Source: Candidatus Bathyanammoxibius amoris
GTDB lineage: Bacteria > Planctomycetota > Brocadiia > Brocadiales > Bathyanammoxibiaceae
Reading direction: 5' to 3'
NCBI GenBank assembly: GCA_024451685.1
Contig: JAMXCW010000010.1
Coordinates: 3-64,002, forward strand
DNA length: 64,000 nt
Shown: one piece after another, positions 8,563 through 17,211 of the stretch
How the letters are laid out: every line of letters begins with the position of its first letter
How positions within the stretch are numbered: position 1 is the stretch's first letter
Position numbers and translations under genes: made by a program
Notes under the pieces: generated by a model
Database searches by the model: none
Told to the model about the DNA's origin: nothing
Seen by the model: only the letters and a program-made list of their open reading frames with translations

Positions 8563-10389
8563 TTACTTTCTCCTCCTCATTACTATGCCAGCTCCGAGTA
8601 CAAAACCGATAATACCTCCAAAGATAAGTGCCAGAGAAGGTATGCTCTTATACCTGCCCTTCTCCTTGAGGAGGCGGTCCGTATCCTTGGCCCTCATAAG
8701 CATGCGTGATTCACTCTCGATATAGGACAGTTTCTCAAAGACCTTGGAAGCCCCGTACCACCAGGAAATATCCTGCTGTACGTGAGCCGTTCCTTTATAG
8801 AGGAACGCCTTATCGCCAAACCACATATCCGTGTACCACCGCTCTATCTTGGATGGGTTGTACTTTCCGGGATAGAACACGCCGTAGACGCCGAGTATTG
8901 GCCCCAGCACGGGCAGCTTACCCTCCGTCTGTTTAAAGGCGTTGTAGATGGGTTCTCCAAGGAGACCCGGACCGAGCGCGTCAGCAACCACGTCACCGAG
9001 CGGGTAGATGTCCCTGTCCGCGGGGCCGGGATCAAACGCGCCGGCGGCAATCACGTCTTCTATCGCCTTCTGCGCCCTGTCCTGGAGACCCCAGACCTGG
9101 AACATAACGTCGTCCAGGTTTTCAAGAAACAACCTTCCCCAACGGGGGCTGTGGCAGTTGGTGCAAACCTCTATCCACTTCTCCCTCTTCTTCTTGCTCT
9201 CTGGACTGTAAATGTCCAGCTTATAGTCCAGGGGCGGAAGTTTTACGCCGTACGGGTAGTCCTTGAGTGACGACTTGAACTTCATGCCTTTAGGCGGCAC
9301 CGTGCCCATTCGCCAGATACCCTTCGATACGGTGTTGTGAGTGTATTTGCCGTCAATGGAGTACATATGGCAGAACTGACAGGTCGGGGTGCGATAATCC
9401 TTGCCGGGTATCACCTCCGCGAGGGGCTTCTCAAAGTCCCACTCATCGCCTTCCATATCATATATGTAGCCCATCTTGGACTCACTGTAGGACTCGGCGT
9501 CCGGGTGGTCATAGCCCATGTGGCAACTCATACAGGCCTCGGGCCTTCTGCCCTCGGACGCGCGGAAGGCATGCCTCGTATGACAGATGTCACATTTCTC
9601 CGAGGCGGCGTGACAGTAGTCACAGCCGAACTGCAGCTGGCCGATGCCCATCCTGTAGAGTTCAGGATACCAGGGTACTATAACGTTTGCCTCCGTAGTC
9701 TGTGGATGGTTCGGTCTGCCATATTCCTTTTCAGACAACCACTCGTTGACCTCCTTAACGTGGCACTGGCCGCAGTGCTTGGAGGAAGGCATATAGAGTT
9801 CCTTATGGTCCTTCCCGTGACACCAGCTACAGTCCACCTCATCCAGCTGCTGGTTCAGGCGTTTTTCTATACCCTTTGTCTTTTCGGCAAAGTATTCGTT
9901 CTTCTTGGGGTTGGCGTGGGTAGATCCCCTCCAGTCGTTTACCAGGCCGGGGTTTAACTCCTCGTGGCACTTGACGCACTCGTCGGCCTTATATTTCTCC
10001 AAGAGCTGGTCGTAATACGTGCCGTCGGGCCTCACATAGTGCCTGGTCGGATACCAGTACATGTGCATGGCCGGCGGCTTGTAAAAGTCCATCCACGGCC
10101 CGCTTCCCTTCTCGAGGCCCACGTACTCCTCGTACCACTTCTTGAGGGTGTCGTTATCATAGAGTTCCCCGAGCTTCTCCTGGGCCTGGGGTTCAGGCGC
10201 CTTATACTCCTGTTGTTGCTCCTGTTGTTGCTCCTGTTGCTGCTCCTGTTGTTGCTCCTGTTGCTGCTCCTGTTGTTGCTCCTGTTGCTGCTCCTGTTGT
10301 TGCTCCTCGGCGACTGCGAGAATTCCCCCAGACACCCCAAGGAGTAGGGATAAAATCAACAGCGCTCCTAAAGGTCTTAGAAATCTCAT
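8563..10389 (-). CDS. octaheme cytochrome c, hydroxylamine-oxidoreductase (HAO)-like, membrane anchored
   Basis: Eight CxxCH motifs (CVKCH, CSWCH, CGQCH, CDYCH, CDICH, CMSCH, CQFCH, CTNCH). It has a signal peptide, a (QQQE)8 linker, and a C-terminal TM helix followed by RRRK. Start set to ATG 10389, preceded by AAGGAG; the ORF itself extends to 10428. Confidence 0.85.
   Translation of the reverse strand: MRFLRPLGALLILSLLLGVSGGILAVAEEQQQEQQQEQQQEQQQEQQQEQQQEQQQEQQQEYKAPEPQAQEKLGELYDNDTLKKWYEEYVGLEKGSGPWMDFYKPPAMHMYWYPTRHYVRPDGTYYDQLLEKYKADECVKCHEELNPGLVNDWRGSTHANPKKNEYFAEKTKGIEKRLNQQLDEVDCSWCHGKDHKELYMPSSKHCGQCHVKEVNEWLSEKEYGRPNHPQTTEANVIVPWYPELYRMGIGQLQFGCDYCHAASEKCDICHTRHAFRASEGRRPEACMSCHMGYDHPDAESYSESKMGYIYDMEGDEWDFEKPLAEVIPGKDYRTPTCQFCHMYSIDGKYTHNTVSKGIWRMGTVPPKGMKFKSSLKDYPYGVKLPPLDYKLDIYSPESKKKREKWIEVCTNCHSPRWGRLFLENLDDVMFQVWGLQDRAQKAIEDVIAAGAFDPGPADRDIYPLGDVVADALGPGLLGEPIYNAFKQTEGKLPVLGPILGVYGVFYPGKYNPSKIERWYTDMWFGDKAFLYKGTAHVQQDISWWYGASKVFEKLSYIESESRMLMRAKDTDRLLKEKGRYKSIPSLALIFGGIIGFVLGAGIVMRRRK
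10207..10308 (-). repeat. in-frame tandem repeat (12-nt unit, two alternating variants) encoding E(EQQQ)8E
   Basis: The units CTGTTGTTGCTC and CTGTTGCTGCTC alternate about 8 times. They lie inside the HAO-like CDS just after the signal peptide. Confidence 0.9.
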
Positions 10390-10429
10390 AAATACATCTC
10401 CTTTTAAACTTCCTTCTTTAATCTCCATA

Positions 10430-11494
10430 TTATTCTTTCAGCCAAGCCTCGGAAGGCGAGATATTCTCCGACTCCATCAACAGCTTGGAGTATTTGGTGA
10501 ACCACCAATCTCCGGACTTGCCCCGTTTTTTGTAGTACTCGGGCCTCATCTCGTGGCGCCGGCTTATATGACAGTCAAAACACACGTTGTAAGGGCTGTT
10601 AACGCGGGCAATTTTCTGGCCCTCCTGAGCCTTCCCGATGTCCATAAAGTAGCTGTACAGCTCGCCCGGGCCATGACATCCCTCGCAGGTCACACCGGTC
10701 TCCGTGTACTTCCCGGTCTTCGGGTTATACCCGGTGGTGTGACACTTGTAACACTTCTTCCTGTACTCCTCATCACCGTCAACAAAGTCGGCGGCACGTT
10801 TTACTCTTTTAAAGCTTGTAAACTTGGTGCGCTTCCAGCGTTCTACGTGCGGGGCGGTAAGCCCGGTATGACAGCTCAAACACTTCTTGCTGCCCGTAAA
10901 TATCGCATGTTCACCCGTTACGGTCAGATGCCTGAAATTTCCCCATACCGGGTTGAGATTGGGATCGGTTTCTTCGGGTGAGAGTTCGGTAAATTCGAGC
11001 CACAGCGCAAAAATCGCTTCCGCGCTCTCCAACCTCTTTTGCATCTGCCGTCTGTAAGGGAGCATGCCGCGGTGGGCCATCTCTTTCGCGAGCGCCCTTC
11101 CTTCTCCATCATGACATACCGTACACCCATAGACGTCGAACGGGAAATCCTTCACTATACGGTGCGATGCGATCAGCGCCCTTTCGTCTATATGGCAGGT
11201 CATACATCTGTCAACCTTGTCGCCGTTTTTTTCCTTTGCCCACGTAGCCGTGCCTTTCAGGAGTACCTGTTTAATCTCATACTTCGGGTTCCTAAGTTTT
11301 GCAATTTTCTCCGCTAATTTCTCTTTCTCCTCCTCATCAGTAGCGGCTTTAAGCTCGTTCTCGGCCAGCACCAGCTGCTGAGCATAATATGCCCTCTGGT
11401 ACTCCATCCACAAAGGGTTGGTCTCCTCTTTCAGCCACAGATAGGACGACCATAAAAAGAGGATACTGAATAACAGGAATAGTTTACGTTTCAT
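10430..11494 (-). CDS. hexaheme cytochrome c with N-terminal membrane anchor
   Basis: Six CxxCH motifs (CMTCH, CTVCH, CLSCH, CYKCH, CEGCH, CFDCH) and a hydrophobic N-terminus MKRKLFLLFSILFLW. Confidence 0.85.
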   Translation of the reverse strand: MKRKLFLLFSILFLWSSYLWLKEETNPLWMEYQRAYYAQQLVLAENELKAATDEEEKEKLAEKIAKLRNPKYEIKQVLLKGTATWAKEKNGDKVDRCMTCHIDERALIASHRIVKDFPFDVYGCTVCHDGEGRALAKEMAHRGMLPYRRQMQKRLESAEAIFALWLEFTELSPEETDPNLNPVWGNFRHLTVTGEHAIFTGSKKCLSCHTGLTAPHVERWKRTKFTSFKRVKRAADFVDGDEEYRKKCYKCHTTGYNPKTGKYTETGVTCEGCHGPGELYSYFMDIGKAQEGQKIARVNSPYNVCFDCHISRRHEMRPEYYKKRGKSGDWWFTKYSKLLMESENISPSEAWLKE

Positions 11495-11512
11495 TTAACC
11501 ACGTGCTCTCTT

Positions 11513-12247
11513 CTAAATATTAATCCACGGTGTAGCAAGGACGTATTTTATGCTAAAACCCAACCTCAATGCGACCTTTATGACGGTACCTATCATAACA
11601 AGCATAAAGAACATGGTGATGCTGTACCTTACGGGGCCAAGCTCTTTGTACCAGCGGTTCCACCTGCGGGCAGGGTAGTACATGCCCCCGCCGAAAAATG
11701 CGATGAGTAACAGCAGGCCTATGGCCCAGTGGGGGCTCCACAGCGGCGGCGGAGTAGGGAAGTCCAGGGTCCACTGCTCCCACGGCCAGAACCAGGCCCA
11801 GAAGGGTCCTCTGCAATATACCCCGATGAAGATAAGGAGAAACCAATATATAAAACCAAGGGTGAAAAAAGACACCGCAAACTTCCGTTCAGAGAACGTA
11901 TAGTAACCGCAACCCCTGGGGTTATTGTCGATGTAAGGGATAATCATAAGACCCACGACTATAAACGCCGGCATGACAACACCGGCAAACCAGGGGTCAA
12001 AATACACGAGCACCTCCTGGAGACCCAGAAAGTACCAGGGGGCTTTAGCCGGATTTTCAGGTTCACCGGGGTTGGCCAGCTCTCTCAGGGGGGCATCTAC
12101 GTAATAACTATAAAATAAGATGATGGTAAGGAACAACAGGCCGCAAAGGAACTCCTTGGCCACAAGATGCGGCCAGGTATGCACCTTATCCCCACCGGGT
12201 ACCCTTTTTGCCTCTACTTCCTTGAAAGGAGCCTCTACACTTGCCAT
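11513..12247 (-). CDS. cytochrome b C-terminal half (b6f subunit-IV-like) of a Rieske/cyt b complex
   Basis: Polytopic membrane protein with the PEWYFL-like motif APWYFLGLQEVL. It immediately follows the cytochrome b6-like gene. Confidence 0.8.
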   Translation of the reverse strand: MASVEAPFKEVEAKRVPGGDKVHTWPHLVAKEFLCGLLFLTIILFYSYYVDAPLRELANPGEPENPAKAPWYFLGLQEVLVYFDPWFAGVVMPAFIVVGLMIIPYIDNNPRGCGYYTFSERKFAVSFFTLGFIYWFLLIFIGVYCRGPFWAWFWPWEQWTLDFPTPPPLWSPHWAIGLLLLIAFFGGGMYYPARRWNRWYKELGPVRYSITMFFMLVMIGTVIKVALRLGFSIKYVLATPWINI

Positions 12248-12271
12248 ATAACCTTTCTACCTCCCGTGACC

Positions 12272-13045
12272 TTACAGTTGTCCTGAAAATCCATCCTTCC
12301 TCACGCGCCAGAAATGCAATATTATTAAACCACCTGCCAGGCCGGGCAGGGCGATGCAATGCCACACGTAGGCGCGAAGAAGCGCGGGTGCCTGGATGGA
12401 CGTACCACCAAGAAGCGCAAAACGCAAGTCATTATCTATAGTAAAACCAAACCACTCGGAGAACGGCCCCTGATAGCCAATAAACGGGCTGGCTCCCGCC
12501 ATATTCGTGCCAACCGTTATAGCCCAGTATCCCAGCTGGTCCCAGGGCAGCAGATAGCCGGTAAAACTCAAGAGCAGCGTCAGTACCAGCAGAACCACAC
12601 CGACTACCCAATTAAACTGTCTCGGGGCCTTGTAGGAACCGGTCAGAAACACTCTAAACATGTGGAAGCACACAGTTATCACCATGGCATGCCCCGCCCA
12701 GCGGTGTGTGTTCCTCAAAAGCCTGCTAAACGGCACGGCGTTATTGCTCAGGTCAATCATGTCCGCATAGGCGCGGTTTACGTCTGGGGTATAATAAAAC
12801 ATCAACAGGACGCCCGTCAGGGCCTCGAATAAAAAGATGAAGAAGGTCAAACCACCCAGGCAGAAAGTAAAACTTATTTTTGCACTGTTCTTTTTTACCG
12901 TAAGCGGGTGAATGTGCATCCATACGTTGCCAACTATATGGAGCACACGGTTCCGGGACGTGTCAACGTATCCATGCCTGAATACCGACTTCCAGATATC
13001 ACTTTTCGTAATGGATTCTTTGGCCTTATTAAGGTCAGGGAGCAT
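12272..13045 (-). CDS. cytochrome b N-terminal half (cytochrome b6-like)
   Basis: The conserved block [33 protein letters not shown] matches the heme-ligating helix-B region of cytochrome b/b6. The protein has multiple TM helices. Confidence 0.85.
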   Translation of the reverse strand: MLPDLNKAKESITKSDIWKSVFRHGYVDTSRNRVLHIVGNVWMHIHPLTVKKNSAKISFTFCLGGLTFFIFLFEALTGVLLMFYYTPDVNRAYADMIDLSNNAVPFSRLLRNTHRWAGHAMVITVCFHMFRVFLTGSYKAPRQFNWVVGVVLLVLTLLLSFTGYLLPWDQLGYWAITVGTNMAGASPFIGYQGPFSEWFGFTIDNDLRFALLGGTSIQAPALLRAYVWHCIALPGLAGGLIILHFWRVRKDGFSGQL

Positions 13046-13058
13046 GCCCTACTCCTTA

Positions 13059-13586
13059 TTAAATAGTCAATGCCAACTCGCGCTCTATTATCTGGCTCGT
13101 GTCCACCATCAATTTACCGTTATCGGAGACGTGCATCTCGAAGTGGTACAGGGGTCTGGGGGCCGGCCCCGCGAAGTTCACACCGTCCCTATAATATTTG
13201 CTGCCGTGACACGGACACTCAAAGACACCCTTCGCTTCCGTCCAGTGCACCGCACAACCCAGGTGTTGGCATATCATCGAGATGGCGCTAAAACTATTAC
13301 CCTCCCTTACGATAAACACCCTCCTGGCCTTAATTGTCACCACACTATGGTCAGGAAAGTCGGCCGGGTATCCCACGGGGAATTTCTTTGAGGGTTCAAA
13401 CAGCACCTTCGGGATGAAAAAACCCGTAAAACTCATCATCTTTGCCGCAAACGCCAGAGTCGTGCCCAGAAAAATGGCCCATCCGGCATATATAAAAAAA
13501 CTGCGACGGGTCGTCCAGGTAGTTACAAGATCCCCTTTTCCCAGGACCTCCCTCCTTTTTGCCCCCGTAATATCTTCTACAGTCAT
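13059..13586 (-). CDS. Rieske 2Fe-2S subunit
   Basis: Cluster-binding boxes CQHLGCAV and CPCHGSKY. The N-terminus carries RRSFF followed by a TM helix (Tat-like anchor). Confidence 0.9.
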   Translation of the reverse strand: MTVEDITGAKRREVLGKGDLVTTWTTRRSFFIYAGWAIFLGTTLAFAAKMMSFTGFFIPKVLFEPSKKFPVGYPADFPDHSVVTIKARRVFIVREGNSFSAISMICQHLGCAVHWTEAKGVFECPCHGSKYYRDGVNFAGPAPRPLYHFEMHVSDNGKLMVDTSQIIERELALTI

Positions 13587-13890
13587 GGCAACCTCTCCAG
13601 CTTTCGCCCCTTAAATACATAAAGATATTGAGCTAAGAGATGTCGTACGTACACCATTAATCAAGTCACGACGCAATTGCCATACCGTTTTCATTTTCTT
13701 CCATTAAAGAAACGTGTCCAGTATCCCCACTAACCTTAATAACGTACCCATCATAGTAGCAAAAAAGCACTTAAGAAAATTGGCAAAATCAGACAAATTG
13801 CAACACAATACGCGCTTTCTGAAGCACGTTACATATAATAGACAAAAGGGGCATCATAAGACAGAAGTTTATTTTTGTCAGGTAGTTACA

Positions 13891-13927
13891 TTTGTGCACC
13901 CAAGTACACGCCTTTGTGTACCCAAGT
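13891..13927. promoter_or_regulatory. two 15-nt direct repeats TTTGTG(C/T)ACCCAAGT spaced 22 bp start to start
   Basis: Copies at 13891-13905 and 13913-13927 are 14/15 identical. They lie in the AT-rich divergent region between the Rieske operon and the thioredoxin-domain gene. Confidence 0.35.
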
Positions 13928-14021
13928 GTTCGCTCAGCAGCAGGCAAATACCCTTGTAATCACACTCACATTGGGCTATCTTGGGCCTACAACCCCACAT
14001 TTCCATATTATAGGAACAAAA

Positions 14022-15812
14022 GTGAAAAAAGACCCCCCACCCGGAGCGGAAGAACACCACTTTTCGCCCAGACCGAACCAGGCCCACCTTATTAACTGGC
14101 ATTTCTGGGACGATGACGCCTTTAACCGGGCCCGGAAGGAAGATAAACCCGTCTTTTTGAGCATAAGCGCAACGTGGTGTCACTGGTGCCACGTATTCGA
14201 CGAGACCACTCTGTCAGACACGGAAGTAATCAAGCTCCTTAACCGGGAATTTATACCCATCAGGGTCGACGCCGACAAAAACCCGCATATACAAAACCGC
14301 TACCTGTCGGGAGGCTGGCCCACCAGCGCGTTTCTTACACCTACAGGCGACACCATCGCCAGCGGCACTTACATGAAACCCGACGATTTCAAGAAACTCG
14401 CCCAAAAGGTAAGCATGTACTATAAAGCCCACAAGGGAAAACTCTATGCCACAATCGCACATTCAAAGGTAAAGAAAAGCTTGGACAGAGAGAGCCGGCA
14501 GATACCGGAAGGCGAACCTGCAAAAGAGATAGCCGACCATGTGGTCGGCATTATTAAAGACATGTTCGACCCTGTTTACGGGGGCTTTGGTAACGAACCA
14601 AAATTCCCACAACAAGAGGCCATTGAGCTGCTACTCGCCGAATACCACACGTCCGGCGACAAAGAACTCCTGGATATGGCAACAAAAACCCTGGACAGTA
14701 TGATGAAAAGCACCCTCTGGGATGAGGTCGAAAAGGGCTTCTTCCGTTACTCTACCAGAATGGATTGGTCAGTACCCCATTACGAGAAGATGCTGGAAGG
14801 TAACGCCGGATTTCTTAAGGACTATATCCTTGGCTACCAGGTCACGGGCAAAAAAGATTACCGACGGGTTGCCGAAGAAATCATTTCTTACGTCGACACC
14901 AGCCTGTCTTCCCCTGAAGGCGGTTTCTATGGCAGTCAGGACGCGGACGAAGAATATTATAAGCTGGACGGCAGGGAGAAAAAAACCCCTCCGAAGGTTG
15001 ATACACACATTTACAGCAACTGGAACGGCCTGGTTATATCTCAATACATACGCGCCTATCAGGCCCTCGGCCGGAAGGCGTACCTCGACAGGGCCGTTAA
15101 AGCCCTGGAATACCTGACGGCCAGGGCACACAAGACCGGAACAGGCATGTACCACTATACAGTAAACGGTGAAGTAAAGTTAAGCGGGCTTCTTGTAGAC
15201 CAGGTATATATGGCAGACGCCTTGATCTCCGCCTACGAGACCACTATGAACAGGAAATACCTGGAGACCGCGACAGGCATAATAAATCGCGCGATAAAGG
15301 ATTTATGGGACCCGTGCCGGGGAGGTTTCTTTGACATCCCCGAAGAAAGCGCCCGTATAGGACATCTGGCTTTCCGGGAAAAACCCCTCTTAGAGAACGC
15401 CCAGGCCGTACGGGTCTTGAACAGGCTGTTCTATCTTACTGGCAAAGACAACTTTCACGAGTTCGCAGGTATGGCCCTGAAGACCTTCCTTAATAGTTAT
15501 CGGGACTACTCCATACAGGCCGCCTCTTACGCCCTGGCTGTTATAGAGTATCTTAACCACCCCGTCCAGGTTACAATCATAGGCCCTAAAGAGGATGCGC
15601 GCACCCTGGCCCTGCATAACGAGGGCCTGCGGTTTTTCCTGCCGTGGAAGGTCATTCAGGTACTCGACCCGGAGACGGACCCCCTGCAATTAGGCCCCAT
15701 AACGTATTCACCCGCGGAAGAACCCCTGGCCTACGGGTGTCGTGAGGGCGCCTGCTCTCCACCAATGCGCACCCCCGCGGAATTAAGGGACTTTATGAAG
15801 GGGAAACAATAG
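14022..15812 (+). CDS. thioredoxin-domain protein, DUF255 / YyaL-like
   Basis: Thioredoxin-fold N-terminus with DKPVFLSISATWCHWCH, then a long helical repeat region. GTG 14022 (AGGA 6 nt upstream) is preferred over the TTG 13875 of the ORF track, whose extension is not family-like. Confidence 0.8.
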   Translation: MKKDPPPGAEEHHFSPRPNQAHLINWHFWDDDAFNRARKEDKPVFLSISATWCHWCHVFDETTLSDTEVIKLLNREFIPIRVDADKNPHIQNRYLSGGWPTSAFLTPTGDTIASGTYMKPDDFKKLAQKVSMYYKAHKGKLYATIAHSKVKKSLDRESRQIPEGEPAKEIADHVVGIIKDMFDPVYGGFGNEPKFPQQEAIELLLAEYHTSGDKELLDMATKTLDSMMKSTLWDEVEKGFFRYSTRMDWSVPHYEKMLEGNAGFLKDYILGYQVTGKKDYRRVAEEIISYVDTSLSSPEGGFYGSQDADEEYYKLDGREKKTPPKVDTHIYSNWNGLVISQYIRAYQALGRKAYLDRAVKALEYLTARAHKTGTGMYHYTVNGEVKLSGLLVDQVYMADALISAYETTMNRKYLETATGIINRAIKDLWDPCRGGFFDIPEESARIGHLAFREKPLLENAQAVRVLNRLFYLTGKDNFHEFAGMALKTFLNSYRDYSIQAASYALAVIEYLNHPVQVTIIGPKEDARTLALHNEGLRFFLPWKVIQVLDPETDPLQLGPITYSPAEEPLAYGCREGACSPPMRTPAELRDFMKGKQ

Positions 15813-15897
15813 GACGTGAACCACTCGCAGTTCCCGCTCAACTTCACCCCAACATTTTACGCCATAACTATATAGCTGTGGGACAGGGATTTAGCAA

Positions 15898-15927
15898 TTG
15901 ACAATGACAGCCGCCTGGACTTAAAAT
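15898..15927 (+). promoter_or_regulatory. sigma70-like promoter of the Dsr-like/ahbAB operon
   Basis: TTGACA (15898-15903), 18-nt spacer, TAAAAT (15922-15927). The ATG at 15943 would leave a very short leader. Confidence 0.35.
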
Positions 15928-15942
15928 GGAGTTTTTGCCGCC

Positions 15943-16662
15943 ATGAATCCAAGTCAAACACTACAACAAGAAGATAAATTATCCGTCCTCAGGAAGTACA
16001 AGAAGTACGTAACAAAGGACGGCAGGGCTATCCTCTTTACCATCAAGTCGTGCCGCGGTGAGGAAGTAGATTGCCCCAACCTGCTTAACGCGCCCAGGCC
16101 GCTGGCCCGGAAGATTACAGAAAAGCTGGATGAACTGTCTTTCAATCAAAGGCTCTTTGATAAGATTCCCGCCAGGATACTGCCTCACATGACCTTCAAG
16201 ATGGCTGTGGCCGGTTGCCCCAACGCCTGCTCCATGCCGCAGATAAAGGATTTTGGGGTAATCGCGCAGGAAAGTGTGGTCGTCGACACGGGCTGCGAAT
16301 GCAACCTGTGCAAGAAGTGCCTCAAGGCATGCCGGGAGGGGGCCATAACCCTGAATGAAGACCGGACCGTTATCATCGACCAGGAAAAGTGCGTGGATTG
16401 CGGCCTCTGCGCCAGAGTCTGCCCCACAGGCTCCATAAAGATTGACAGGGTCGGATATGCAATCGTGCTGGGCGGCAAGGTGGGTAGGCACCCTCGCTTT
16501 GCGACAAAACTTGTGGACCTGGCGACGGAAAAACAGGTGTTAAAAGCCCTTGAGATATGCGCGGAAAGAATTTTGGCGGAAAAAGGGCGAAACCGCTACG
16601 GCTTCCTGAAAAAGGCGTCCTTCCACAGGGAACTCAGAGAGGCACTCGAAGAGGTGGCCTGA
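15943..16662 (+). CDS. small sulfite/nitrite-reductase-like Fe-S protein (Dsr-like protein with ferredoxin insert)
   Basis: SiR/NiR-type cysteine boxes CRGEEVDC and AGCPNAC, plus two ferredoxin motifs CNLCKKCLKAC and CVDCGLCARVCP. At 239 aa it is much shorter than canonical reductases. Confidence 0.6.
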   Translation: MNPSQTLQQEDKLSVLRKYKKYVTKDGRAILFTIKSCRGEEVDCPNLLNAPRPLARKITEKLDELSFNQRLFDKIPARILPHMTFKMAVAGCPNACSMPQIKDFGVIAQESVVVDTGCECNLCKKCLKACREGAITLNEDRTVIIDQEKCVDCGLCARVCPTGSIKIDRVGYAIVLGGKVGRHPRFATKLVDLATEKQVLKALEICAERILAEKGRNRYGFLKKASFHRELREALEEVA

Positions 16663-16712
16663 CGCAGATAGTTATCCCATCCGCCGCCTTAGTATGACCA
16701 ACATATACTCCA

Positions 16713-17189
16713 ATGAAACTGGATAACGTAGACAAAAAGATACTGCAGCAGATACAGTCTGCCTTCCCCATCACCCCGAGACCGTTCCAGACCCTGGCCG
16801 AACAGCTCTCTCTGGAGGAGCCGGACGTGCTCAGGCGGATAAAGGCAATGGTGGAAAACAAGGTGATACGCAGGCTGGCGCCGATTATAGACAGCAAGGC
16901 CATGGGCAACACCGGCGGCCTGATGGCCATGAAGGTCCCCGAAGACCAGATAGAAGAGGTGGCGGAGTTGATAAACGCGTACTCAAGTGTCTCACACAAC
17001 TACCTCAGAAAGGGTAGGAATAAGGACATCCCGTACAACATATGGTTCACAATGTCCGCCCCCGACGAGGAGGCACTGGGCAAAAATCTAGCGGAGATTG
17101 AGGATAAGACCGGACTGGTCGTAAGAAACCTGCCCACCACAAAAAAGTTTAAGATAGGCGTAAAATTCAACATATACCAGGGAGATTGA
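16713..17189 (+). CDS. siroheme decarboxylase subunit (AhbA/NirD-L family, Lrp/AsnC-like fold)
   Basis: N-terminus MKLDNVDKKILQQIQSAFPITPRPFQTLAEQL... and about 155 aa in length. It is one of two tandem paralogs, as in AhbA/AhbB or NirDL/NirGH. Confidence 0.75.
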   Translation: MKLDNVDKKILQQIQSAFPITPRPFQTLAEQLSLEEPDVLRRIKAMVENKVIRRLAPIIDSKAMGNTGGLMAMKVPEDQIEEVAELINAYSSVSHNYLRKGRNKDIPYNIWFTMSAPDEEALGKNLAEIEDKTGLVVRNLPTTKKFKIGVKFNIYQGD

Positions 17190-17211
17190 CAAACACGCTT
17201 ACAGGTAAACC

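Noticed and set aside
10207-10308. Possible CRISPR-like or noncoding repeat array
   Set aside because: The units are 12 nt with no spacers, are in frame, and lie inside a CDS. This is a coding tandem repeat, not a CRISPR array.
9337-10347. Plus-strand ORFs (206 aa and 127 aa, the latter with a poly-Leu run) antisense to the HAO-like gene
   Set aside because: The poly-Leu run is the reverse complement of the QQQE repeat. The minus-strand frame carries eight heme motifs and is clearly the real gene.
13875-14021. N-terminal 49-aa extension of the thioredoxin-domain ORF (TTG start)
   Set aside because: The extension is not family-like, is AT-rich, and contains the direct repeats. A GTG with an AGGA upstream at 14022 fits the conserved N-terminus better.
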